Source: Oikopleura dioica
Lineage: Eukaryota > Animalia > Chordata
NCBI GenBank assembly: GCA_907165135.1
Contig: OU015567.1
Coordinates: 9,486,001 to 9,550,000, forward strand
Direction of reading: 5' to 3'
DNA: 64,000 nt
The notes below the pieces were generated by a model. The model saw nothing but the letters and a program-made list of their open reading frames with translations, ran no database searches and was not told the origin of the DNA. Below are positions 48,976 through 61,400 of the stretch, piece by piece. The position numbers and the translations under genes were made by a program. Numbering within the stretch: the first letter of the stretch is position 1; every line of letters begins with the position of its first letter.

Positions 48976-50802
48976 ATGAACCTGAATGTCTCGACCAACT
49001 TCTTCATTCTGGCGCTGGCAGTTCTTCAGGGATCCGTTCAAGGTAAATAAATAGTGATAATCAAGAGTCAGTCTGCTCACACGTCTATTTTAGCTCAAAG
49101 TGACAACCCCTGTGATGGAGTCACTTGCAGCAACAAGGGTTTCTGCGTTCCTAGCGAGCTATACAACAATGGCTACTGGTGCGAGTGCGATGAGGGATGG
49201 GTTGGCCAAAACTGTGGCCACCCACAGCCGTCAGTCGTCTGTGGCGATGCTGATATTTCGATCACCATTGACACAGGCATTGTCGAAGAGCTAAATCTCT
49301 CCACCGAAGCGGACTTTGTCTACTTCGGTAACTCGGACCCGCAAGGGACCTCTGAAGAACATTCGAAATGCAGCGCCAGGCTCGAGAATGGCAAATTTGA
49401 GCTCAAACTTGATGCGCCATTCTTGAGTTGCGGTACTCAAGTCATCTCGAAAGTAAGTACAGTATATTCAGTTAGCTGAAATCTCGATATCATTTTATAA
49501 GCAAGGAGCAGAACAAATAACATTGCGTTTTAGGAGAATGACGACTTCACGTTCAGTAATACTGTTGTTTGGAACTCTATGGTTAACAGTACCAACATCA
49601 ACCGAGAACTTGTCCTCCTGGATTTCAAATGTATTTACCAAGACGAATACACCGTCGCTCCTGGCGATGCTATTCCAACGTTAAGGTACAAAAACTGAGA
49701 ATCAACGTGACTTTATGATCCTCTATATGCTACTGTTAGAATGCAATTAAAATTTTTTCTAGTACACTCCAAGTCATCACCAACAAAGGTTCTTTCTCCG
49801 TTGCGATGTCTATCTACGAAGATAACACGTTTGCTCCGGATAAAGAATACATCAGCTCGCCTAGTATCGGAATCGGTACTTACGTTTACACCCAAGTCGA
49901 GCTGGAGAGTGTTGAAGATCCCAATCTCGTAGTAACGATGGACCAGTGTTATGCAACTCAAACGTCTGACCCTGCCGATCTTACTACCGCCAAGCATTTC
50001 CTCATCCGAGACAGGTACTTACTCGAAAAAGCTTAGCTACTGTAATTACTCAATAAAATTCATGTCTCAAAGATCTCGGACTAAATTTGCCTTTTAGATG
50101 TGCGGATAACGATCCAACAGTTGAGATCTACTCTAATGGTGAAAGCCACCAGTCAAGATTTAAATTCCAAATGTTTAAATGGAGATGGAGTGGTGACCCC
50201 CTTTTCTTGCATTGTGAAGTTGATATTTGCAACAAGTCAACTGAAGAGTGCACATCACGTGACCAAGCGGTAAGTTTGAAAACTAATTTCACTAGTAGCC
50301 AACTGAGTTGATAGCCAAGTTTTTGGTTTTTGTTTAGTTAAACCTTCTTTTTGATTTACAAAGGTAAAAATTTGATATTAATAAATATTTAAAGGGATGC
50401 AGTGGAGAAGGTTTGGAGAGAAACCGGAGAGATTTGGAGATTGAACCAACGATGGAATCCGATATGAAGGTCTCCAACCGAGTCCTGACTATGGGTCCCT
50501 TGATGGTCGCTGTCAACGATCTGCTCGTTGAGACTTCTTCGAGTCGACTTGCTGATGAAGGTAAATTGCGATTGCTTTTGATATCTTAGCTAGAATGCAT
50601 AACACTGTGAAAAATTCTAAAATAATATTCAGTCGATGTCACGATGATGTATCTCGGGCTCTCCCTCGGTGTTGTCTTGGCCGTTCTAGGTGCAATTGTG
50701 GGCGCTATTATCAGAAAGAGACGACAACTGTCATCCAAGATGGCAGATGCAGAACGATCCAATCGGCTTACTCAATTACGTTTCGTTCGCGAAGCGTTCT
50801 AA
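48976..50802 (+). CDS. EGF + zona pellucida (ZP) domain type I membrane protein (uromodulin/GP2/tectorin-like architecture), 7 coding exons
   Basis: Signal peptide MNLNVSTNFFILALAVLQGSVQ; EGF CDGVTCSNKGFC..CECDEGWVGQNC; ZP-N (VVCG..CGT..FSNTV..FKCIY); ZP-C (CYAT..RFKFQMFKW..LHCEVDIC); furin site RNRR; EHP-like MGPL; TM segment and RKRR stop-transfer. All junctions are GT-AG and in phase. Confidence 0.93.
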
Positions 50803-53800
50803 GTTTTCTTATTGGAGCGTACTCGTAACTACTCTAAATTACAACAAGCAAATCATGAAGAATTTATTTATCCAATTTGGTTAACCTAATATTGTTGAAC
50901 CGTATCTCAGCAGCTGGAAGGTATCAGTTGTGAGTTAAGCTTTCGCACGATCTACGGTAAAACCGGCGGTCAGCGTCAGAACGACTTTTAAACGCTATCT
51001 TGCTCAAACCAGCAACCGGTAAACCCAGACTTAGTAGCTGGAAATAAATCTCTTTTCTTATATTGCTAACCCATCGAACCCCCCCTGCGGTTGCATATAT
51101 TGCTCGACAAAGGCTGTTCCCCTTGGTCTGGCAGTATCCTGCGCCGTTCTTTACAAAAACGAACAATTACTCCGAAACATTGTGTGTATGTGGAGATATC
51201 TCGCTTGAGTGATCAGGCGCTTTGCTCGCCTCTCGAAGCTGTTCGCGGGAAAATACCAAACCAAACTTATGAAGATAACTATCCCCAAAACTCAATATAT
51301 TTTTGTGACATGGAATCTGTTGAGGTGAGTTGGCCCTGTCGCGGGTGACAGTGGGACTAACCCTCATATTTTAATGGTCTTTTGTTTTGTTACCAGTCCG
51401 TAGATGAGCTTAGTATGGCAGGCCAATCGACTATGCTCCCCTTTCTGGACAGGAACAGCTAAAGACGGCATCATTTAGGACCTCACGGAATAGTCAATAT
51501 TCCACCGGATAGCGTGGCTCGGCAACACAAAGAGCTCGCTCTTTTTTGGAACTATCACTTGGTTGGTTATTATTATGGAAATTGAACGCCCAGCCACGCT
51601 ATAAAACAAATTCAACAATTATTTATTTTCACACCCAAGGCGCTTATTTTCTGACAGACGATTTCAAGAGATCTTCTTTGCCAAAAGCGTAACCGAGCGA
51701 AGTTGCTTGCGCAAAAAGCATGTTACGGCGCTGCTTCAGTTGAAATACAGTTGTTCCCACGACTTGCCCCGTGTTTTCACGTCAGTGATTAACGCCGTGC
51801 AGCGTGTGCGCACTTTTGATGCTTTTGCTCCGCTTTTGCTCTTACCAATGCTCAATCAACCTAGCCCCGTTAACATAAAGGCGATGAGATTTGTACGAAG
51901 TCTTGTCGCAATTTATGAACTAGTTATTAACTTGCAGCCGATTTTAAGCAATGAGCGCGGATAAGGCCCCACATTTTTACAGAAGGGGTGCCAGGCAAAC
52001 GTGATGCGCGTACTCTAAAAAGCGCCACTGGTGCACGCTTCTTTAGCGCCACCACCTGGCTCGATGTCTTGATAATAGCCTGGCGCCGGCCCTTACTTGC
52101 CCAATACGAACGCACTCCCCGGCATTGGATGAGTGAGCTGCTGGATTGAACTTTTATCCGAATCTGATCCAAAAATTCTCTCAACGAAACTCAAACCGGC
52201 TCAAACCTAGGTTCGATTCGGGTACAATTCAAAAAGCCACCGGTATTTACTTTTATTTCTAATCTTTAACTGTTGACCTTGCTTTTTACTTGTTTTTGTA
52301 ATCCAGCGTTTTCGATTGATCACCTGATTTCCGAATCACGTGAACTCTTGTTGACGTACAAATACCAAGTCGCGAAAGTCACTGTATCATTGATAACATT
52401 TAATCGTAAAGTTTTATCCATCGGCCTTTTTCCCGCTCCGAATGGCAGGTGGCATATGCAAGTGACGAGCAAGTTGTTTGGCCGGAGCACGATTTTCAAT
52501 TGTGTATCTGCCCCTACGGCTTGCGATCGTCATTTGTTTTGCCGTTAAATTACCGCTCACACTCGACACCCATGTTCACGTTCAATGCTGTAGCAGTAAT
52601 CAGTTATATTCTGAACTCTACAGTCATGTAATACTGTAAAAACAATTTTTGTATTGTACAACAGACGTTCAACACACTCCAGTCCACTAAGTCTAATGAC
52701 AAAATATTAATTTTTTTGAACTCTGATATTCATTTTGAGCCTTCAAATTCATTTTATTATTTAATCATATCGTAGACGATCAAGATATGAGCAGATCTAT
52801 ATTCGAAAACAACAACAACCCGCAAATACTATTCTGATTAAAAACCAAATTTTTTCGATTATTTCCCAAGATTCGTGTTAACCGGACCGCTCAGATTTGA
52901 GCTTTCTGCCGAGATGCTTCGTAACTTAGCATAGCTGATTGAATTGTTAGATCACTATTAAATTTATTTAATCATCTTAAGACACCATATTCAACTTTCT
53001 ATTATGTGATCTTGATTCGGTAAAGGGCGATATACTAGTCTTAATTATCTACAGTTGAATAGTTTTTTAATCAATATCCTTGCTCAAATGATACTCTTTC
53101 AAATTTCAGATAACTAAATTTTCAAATTGACACGAAAAAAGCTCTTGAATAATGTCTGGATTCTCCAACTCGATTGAATGCGGTTGAAAATCATATTTTT
53201 TGGGTATTTACCGAGTTGCGCGTGCCTAAACAAAAAAATGAAACAAACAAACCAAAACCCGGCGGTAAGAACCTCCACCCGGTTGTATCAGTGACTTGCT
53301 CACATATTTGCCGGCCGGAAGCTGGGTAGTGAGACAGGCCAGCTTAGATTAGCTACACTTCTTCCCCTGGCGGATATGCGTCGCTTATATGCGTACTGGT
53401 AGATACTACTTATTTCCGCCTACTTTCGTGTCTTTTTGTCAAAAAATCACACACCCGGTACGAATAAGCATGAGCGATCTGGGAAGAGTGAAACCAGAGG
53501 CTCGGTTTTGTGATTACGGCTTGGCTCGATGCTCGTCGCGAGCGTTTGCGCACGTAGGAGACCACAAATTTCGTGAAAAATATCAAAAAAAAATGTCTCA
53601 ACCTTCGCGAACGACTCTTTTTTACCCCGTAAAAAATATTGTGAATGCTTCTTCGGAAGCTGAACAACAAAAAAAAAGCGACGCGGCAGAAATATCTTTA
53701 TCGACCCCAGAAAGCTGCCGAGCTCCGTCACGATTGCTCCGCCGACAAGACGGAAGCATCTGATGTTCTCAGTCTATCTCAAATTTCATAAGTTTCTCCA

Positions 53801-55455
53801 GCATCGCCCAAAAAAATCATTTAAATTTTTATCAAAATGAATGCTGGCGAACATGGAAGGCGAGTTTTTCTGTTGACTCAGGTTGGTTCAGTCCTCCCAC
53901 TCCCTTTATAATAAAGACCCTTGAGTTTACGGTACAGCATCTTGGGTTCAATCCTACTAAAATCAATGTTAGAAAGTCGTTTATATATGGGGAAAGAGAT
54001 CTGACTTTTTTTAATCTTCTTTCCGAATTTTGAGTATCATTTTTTCGCCTAAACACGGATAGTCAAATTTTTGTCTTATGAATATACAATCAGCTAAGCT
54101 TGACGATGCCAACCTATTCATGTTTGCGTTTTCGAACAAGAGCATGGAGAAGTCTTTGTCTTGGTTTTGCGAAGGATTGACCGAAAGGGCCTAACATTTC
54201 TCTCGTTCCCGAGTTAAGAAAAACTGAGTCTGACCTATGCACTTTCTATCAGTCAATTGCATTCTTGTTGATGATTGGTGGGAGTCATTGTTCTTGCTGA
54301 CATGCGTATCTGGGAAATAATCTTCGGAGCTAGAACTTATAAACATTTTTGGATGCTTTGAGTGTTTAGCGATGATCACTGATTATACTTTAGGAAAACC
54401 CGAACATGCACATGATGTCAAAAATTTGTATTCTGAACAGTTTATCATTTAAACCCATTCTATAGAAAACATTGATATCGTATCATCTTGGAGGGGCCTT
54501 GTCTTATCAAGAGATTGTAGCGCTGAACAGGCCTCTCAACGCTGCTTTTTTCAGTAAAGACTCCGCCCAACTGCAATTAATAAACCGGTTAACCTTTTAT
54601 CAAATACCTAATTAACCCATTCATTGTGGGTCCTCTTTAAATTCACTTAAATTTCTGAGACAATTCTGTAACTAGGACTGTAGGTTATAATAGATTTGCA
54701 CGCACAGAAGGATTTCGCTTAAGATTAAATCTTAAAGGTAGATGTCAAAACAGTGACGTTCAAGATCCCACTCCCACCTTGGGTGTTTCTGTATCCACGG
54801 AAAAGGTTAAATTAGAATGATTTTTGTGCGCGTCAAGTATGTTTTAATCGACACAAGCCCAGTTCCAGAGCAATTCAATGGACACTGGCTCTGCTTTTCT
54901 TCATTTCTTATCTCCAAATCGAGCTAAAGACTTCAAGAAAGCATACCCAGCCATTTGAGACTTTTGATTCTTATACATGCGAAAATCACTATTTTCTCTT
55001 TCTTGAGTAACTGTGAGACCACGCGATTGTTAATCTTTTCCTATTTTAACTTATGCCAATTCTTCAACGAATTCACATATATGGCCCCGTTACGCACCTC
55101 TAAGTGGAGGTTTCCACTTTCTCTTTTTGGTGAGTTCACAAATGCCAATTCCCACTTTTCTCTGGACCACACCATGACAGCCTCCACGTACATGTTAAAA
55201 TTGCTTCTTGCCATGTTTATAGGCTCTCGTCTGTGCCTCCATTTCTCCATTACATAACCAAACTTCCATTTTATGGTCTTTTGGTTTCTTTTTTTCTAAA
55301 TTCTGAGACTTTCAAGATATCCTGGAAAAGACTGTGCACTGTGAGCGTGTTGGTCTATGCGAATAAAATAAGAAAAAACAAAAAATCGAAGATATTTTAT
55401 TTTGGAATCATTTTTGAAATGGCAGTATCTTGTATTTAAAAAGGCTAGAATTATA

Positions 55456-58400
55456 TTATTGTCTAGTGAGAAGCAAGTAGAAATCAGTAAACTTATCTTT
55501 CGAGGCTAGAACTAAACCAGGTGCGATCGCTCTGAGAAGATTTGCATTCCAACCTGAACACATTATTAACAAATCAAAATTAAAACATGATCAAGTCCTT
55601 TTAAAAGTAATCAAGGGCTGTTAACCTCTGAAAAACGCAATAATGCCTTCTTGCGCGTAGATAGTTCTAAACGCTGAAATTGAGGAAGAGTAATTTTCTC
55701 CAGTTCCGGATGTCATCATCATTCGCCGGCGCAGAGTGTCTGTTGGGTAGGCTGGTATTGAGGCAACTATACTGATCACATATCCGAGCAGAAAGCTTAA
55801 ATAGTATAATTAGACTTAAGATAAGATTTTCGTAGCGCGATAATTCAAAATTTCTGTACCGGCTTGGCAACGCATCAAACGAAAAGAAGGCTGAACGGCT
55901 GCCAGCACTAGAATATGTTGGAGCGACTGCCAGAGGGCGCGGCTTTAACTCCACCATTTTAACACGCCGCAATTTTAGGCTTTATTACGGAAATTAAGAT
56001 AAAAATTGATTAGCAAGACTTCTCAGAAGGTCTTTGATTATAACCTCATTTTACAGCTATTAAGTTTGTCTCTTTATATGGGTAACAGGCAAATTCATTA
56101 TCTTTTAAATTTATTTCGAAAAAATGAGTACCTCTCACACCATATTGCGCTTACTACTGCTCACCGAAAAGAAAAAGAAACTGAGCTGAATCAACTCAAC
56201 TGAGCGGATGTCCACTTGTTCAAATAAATCCTCTCGCCATCCCAACAATCCACACTTATGATAAAACAAGCGGCCTGTCAAAACGTGACCAGATTTAACT
56301 TCAAACCGGTTGACCTGACACTTTTTCGTGTGTCCGCCCTTTCCTATCTTGTTGAGTGCTCACGTGAGGTTGTTTTCAAAGAACTGTTGATTTTCATTGT
56401 TTGAATATTCAACAGTTTTAATAGTCAAAATTATTATACTATTAGACAGTAAGAGAATTTTTTGTTTGATATAGAAGTAACTAAAATGAACACTAAGAAC
56501 TGCTTTTTTGGAGCCTAAAGAAGTGTTCTATACGATTCGTAAATTGCTTGACAAAATATAACTCTGTGGCTTTAAATCTGGACAGTTGCGTGGTGGCTAG
56601 AAATTATCAAATTTATGATAACGCATTCCCGCCTATTACAAGGACTTACAGAAGCCGAAAAGCCCTTTCGATTGCAGGGATTCATAGCGCTGACCATTTT
56701 AAGGATAAAATTATACATGCGCCACGAGAGCGAAAATTTAAAAGTACAAGTGGCCAACTTTAGAAGTGCTCATAGGCGAAAGTGATGGACGCATGCTAAG
56801 GATCGACTTAGCTGAGAAAACTTTTGGAGCTTGATTTAATATCACAGCCGCTCCATTATGAGCACTGCCGAATGCGAAATCGACTCATCATTTACCCAGA
56901 AAAGCGTCCAAGTCCAAATGATAGAAAATTTGTGCGATCCTAACGAGAGAATGATCTGTGAACAGTCAAAACCTGAATGTGGTTTTATAAGCGCCTAATG
57001 GTAAAAGAGAGTAGCTTCTGACCACGTGTGGTATTGGTTTTAAGAGCTCGCGAATTTAAAGGATTCTTTATGAACAAGATTTTCTCGCGATAAGAATACT
57101 CAGAAAAGCTGTATTTTCACGAGTTAAAAGTTGTGTCTTAAAACTCTGGGACTGAGCATATGGATTGTCATTCTGGTTCCAGATATTTAACGCATGAACG
57201 CACGAATTTTTTTTCCTGCTGAACGCATATTGCGCAGATTTCTGCGCAGCACCTTTAGAGCGCTCTAGCGACGATTTTGGTCAAGATTTGAAAAAACTAA
57301 AGCAACCAAAATAAAGCTCAGACGCTTGCGAACAAGCTTATAATAGTTTAAAATCCTAACCCTAACCCGAACCTCGCTAAAAATACTGATTTCTAAAGTT
57401 ACTCGAAAATAGACCAGTTTTTTTCATTTTTTCTATTTCATTGATCTCTAGTACAAATGCACAAAAAAATGATCTTTATGATAAAATTTATATTTTATTC
57501 GATGCAGAAATGCGATAAAATGGCGTAAAAATATTTTTTATCGACGGAAAAATTAATGCAGAGCTTTTAAAATGGTAATAAAACGTTATTCGAAAAAATC
57601 GGAAATTTTCGTTCTGAAGCCAAATTTTTATCCTGAAGTCAAAATTTTTTTTCGATGCCAGATTCGGATTTTTCATCGAAAAAGAGCCCCTAAAGTGGGG
57701 ATCCATTTAAAATTTTGATCAAGTAAAGTATGAGTTATCGAGCTTTAAACGTGCTCTGCGCAGAAATCTGCGCAATATGCGTTCAAGCGTTAAATACAGA
57801 AGCATCTGGAATTTACATGAAAATATTAAGTGCTTTTGCTGTGGAAATAAAACCCGTTGTATTCGCAAAAAATTCGTCGTTGCTTACCTTGGGACGAAAC
57901 CAATTTTCGTTTGAGAATGACGTTCCAGAATTGGCTTGACAGTATCATAAACGCCAAAATAGATCGCCCTAATCGCGTCGGTTCGTCCAAATACGTACCC
58001 CGCGCTTTTAGTATATTTGGACACGTTATTTAACTCGATTAAGAGATGCGAGATTAATATCGCCTCCCCTATCACAAATCCCATTATCTTCAAGCTATAT
58101 CGTTTCGTTAAAATCATAAGCGCATTATATTACCGATTTTCATTTGCCAGTAGAAAACAACGCGTCATTATCTCTCCGGATTCTAAAGGCTGTTGAATTC
58201 GTAATTTCAGAAGGAAGTGCGTTTAATCGAGTTTTGACCCGGACGAAAGATACACATTATTTTTAGATGTTTTTCCAGTATCCTCCGGAAGCCGTATGTT
58301 TGACTCGACATAGCGCTAGACCAAAGAATGAACTATTTTAGTCCCAAACAGCCATTCTTTCTCAAGAACAAGAACGGAGAAAAAGTGTTTTTAAGTTAAG

Positions 58401-61400
58401 CACTTTCCACTATTTGAAACAACGGTGTCGACAACGTTTTTACACAGTCTGAAAATGACCGCATGTGGTCGAGAATCCGAGGAATATTAAAGCGATTGCG
58501 ATTCTTTTGACCACAACTTGGGCTAGCCGCGCACGATGGCGTGAAAAATCATTTTCTAGTAAGTACTCTCGTCCGGTTTTTGCGATAATTATTTTTCGCC
58601 GATTCAAGCGCTTAGGCGACGAGAGTCTTAACTACCTATGTATATTAACAGATACACCCTTTCCTTGCTAGGATTATGCAAAACTGATTCAATAAAAGGT
58701 CTTTGAAAGTTACGAAATAAAAAGCGAAAAAGAGTTTCAAATATGTTTTTAGTCAGTTGTAAAAATTGATATTCAATTTTCCGCGAAAATAACTGTCATC
58801 TGACTCAGCGTAAAAAAATATGATGTTATTATGGAAAACAAACTTTGCCAAAATGTCTTCTCCGTAAACGTATTAATAAAGGCCCTTGTCCGTGGGGCGG
58901 ACGCGGCGGTACTAGAATTTGGCGAGGCGCTTCCTGTACATTGAGATACCATAAACACCTAACGCGAATCCACGATATAGTCCAACCACTCCATCTGATT
59001 TCACGATCTTCCGGAAGCAGTCCAAGGTTCCGCTAAACTTCCGATTCCCGGCGCTCTGAACGAGATCAGCGGCTAGGCGGTTCCGAGCAAAATCCAGCGG
59101 GTAGACAACTAAAACAAATTTTTTCATTTAGAAATTTTAGTAACCGCTTTGTTAAGGAATAATAAACAGGGGCCCGTCCCTAAAATTGTCGGCTTGATTT
59201 CAATATTTTTAGAGTAATATGGAGAAAAAAACCTATTTTTGGGATGGGTAACCAAATCGCCAATCTTGGGGCCCAAATTTGATTAAAAATCTTTAAGAAG
59301 ATCTTTAGGATCTTTTGACAAGGTTATTCTTCGAAGGTAATTACTCAAGTTTGCTAAGTTTCTACATGTTTTCAATAAGAAGTACTCTGTCCATTTCCGC
59401 TCCCAATTTCATGGCTGCTTCACATTCCTTCGTCCCTTCTTTTGAAAGACGATAGGCGCCACGAATTTAGAAGGCTTTAAGTTTTATGAAAGCTTTATAG
59501 GCCGAGCTGAGAGGAGGGAAGTAAAAAATTACGAAGCCGCTTCAGACTTCCCACTTGAGGGGGATTTGCGATTTTTCGCTTATCGCGCGCCGGGATACGC
59601 TTATCGCGTGTAAACCAAGCAGATACTGTTATACATCGCGAATATGTCCGTCCGTGTTTATCTACTGAATTTTAAGCAACTGTAAAAAGTTTGGTCGAAT
59701 TTTGAGATTTCGTGGGCTGGGCAGGCCACAACTACAACGTGTATTGGGAACATATGATGCGCAGATTTTAGAGGGAGGAGTCGGTTACCGCGGTCTATAT
59801 TACAGGTACCTTGGTCAATTATGAAACCACTTGTGGCTCCTGAGACGGGTGTTTTCAAGAAGTTATATAAATGCTCATTTAGCCACTTATTGCTTTTTTC
59901 GTGATAAAATCTACTTTGTTTCCGAATACTTGAAAACCATTAAGTGAGAGAGGTTCAAGTTGGGCTAAGTTCGTTATTTGTTAATTATATGTCCGCAAAT
60001 CACGGCGGAAATAGGTAAGCAATACCTAAAAGAGACATTCCACCCGCGACGCCACCAGCAATCAGGTTGGTGAATAACTTTTGTCTAAACGTAGCATCCG
60101 ATGCTGACCCAGGCTTCATTTTCTCGTATAATTAGAAAATGGAGTTATCTTGGAAGCGCGTTCGATTTTGATGACAAAATCTACAAAGGGATTACCCCAA
60201 CAAATTGGACCCTGCTCAGACCAAAAATAAATATTCCAACTGTCCAAAGAAGGGTTACTCGTAAGGTTGGCTTTTTTTCACGAATTGCGTAAGCACGTAA
60301 AGTTCCTTTGGTGTCATGAGTGTTTGTTGGGAGTCAGCGCTGAACACTGCTGAATTTTCCCAGTCGCAGAGAATCCCAATTCGTCCTACCCTTACAAGTA
60401 CTCAAGGAGGCCCTCTTAATTTTATGATTTCTTTGAATCAAGTTTTGACATCTGGACAAGCATCATACAGCTTGGCCTGAGTTCATCTGGAGTTGACTTT
60501 CAACGCTGTCTAGGTATCCCCTTTGAATTACGATTATACTTTTTGGTAACGCGCAGAGGCACTAAAATTCAAATTAACCCTTCACACACGCAATTTGCAT
60601 GTGAATCAACTGTACTGAATTGCGGGACAGCTCTCCCTGACCCGCACTTTACTTAGACACGTTGCAAAATATGTAACGGGAATGCGCTTTCCCTTGGCTA
60701 TTAACATAGCTGAAGCCCGTTCCTACTGGGAAAAGGTCCTTTCCATAAGGGGTCCCGGTCAGCGTGTTATGAAATTGAGGTGCACCCAGATTGAACTTTG
60801 GGAACTTTTTTGCGCAGAGAACATGATACGATTTCGGGAAACATGAAAACGAACAGGTGTGTATTTATTGAATATTATTTTAGGACACGTTTTTGATAAC
60901 TGTTTCGCAGAATATCAGGAGCTCAAAAACCTGGATTCCGGCTACTTCTGTACACCAAAACCACGTGTGTTTAAAATGGCTTTTATCTGTACAACTTAAT
61001 TTTTTAAACAAAACAGCCCTTGAAAGTCGAAAAGAAAACTCTTGAATTTCGCATACAAGCGAAAAACTTCATTACTTTTTTTCAAAAAAAAAAGTGCGTG
61101 AGTCAACCAAAAACGTCATAAAGCAAAAAACTCAACGCAAAATACTCTCAGTTCCCAAGAACACGCAAACACGAGAAATTCTTGAGTTTGCTCCGTGAAA
61201 TTCTGCAATTATAAGTTACTCGTTATTTTGTTATTTTTCTCATTTTACGCTCCCAAAAGTTTCTAAAGGTAGTTATGACTTCTTGATGGGATTTACAGGC
61301 GCACTGTGACGTTATCTGTACCAAAGAAATCTTCAAAAATTATCTGCTTTGGCGCGACAATTTTTTAAACATGAATTCTGTAAGATTCATGATGAGGTTC

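Noticed and set aside
52200-52225. GGTTCGATTC T-loop-like motif
   Set aside because: No complementary T-stem or cloverleaf context.
55041-55250. Minus-strand ORF downstream of ANT, as an extra exon
   Set aside because: The ANT frame already ends at TAA 55456-55458 with a complete sixth helix; this ORF has no carrier similarity.
56750-57000. C-type-lectin-like C-x6-ICE fragment on the plus strand inside an ANT intron
   Set aside because: Broken by stops, lacks the other CTL motifs, and no splice path was found.
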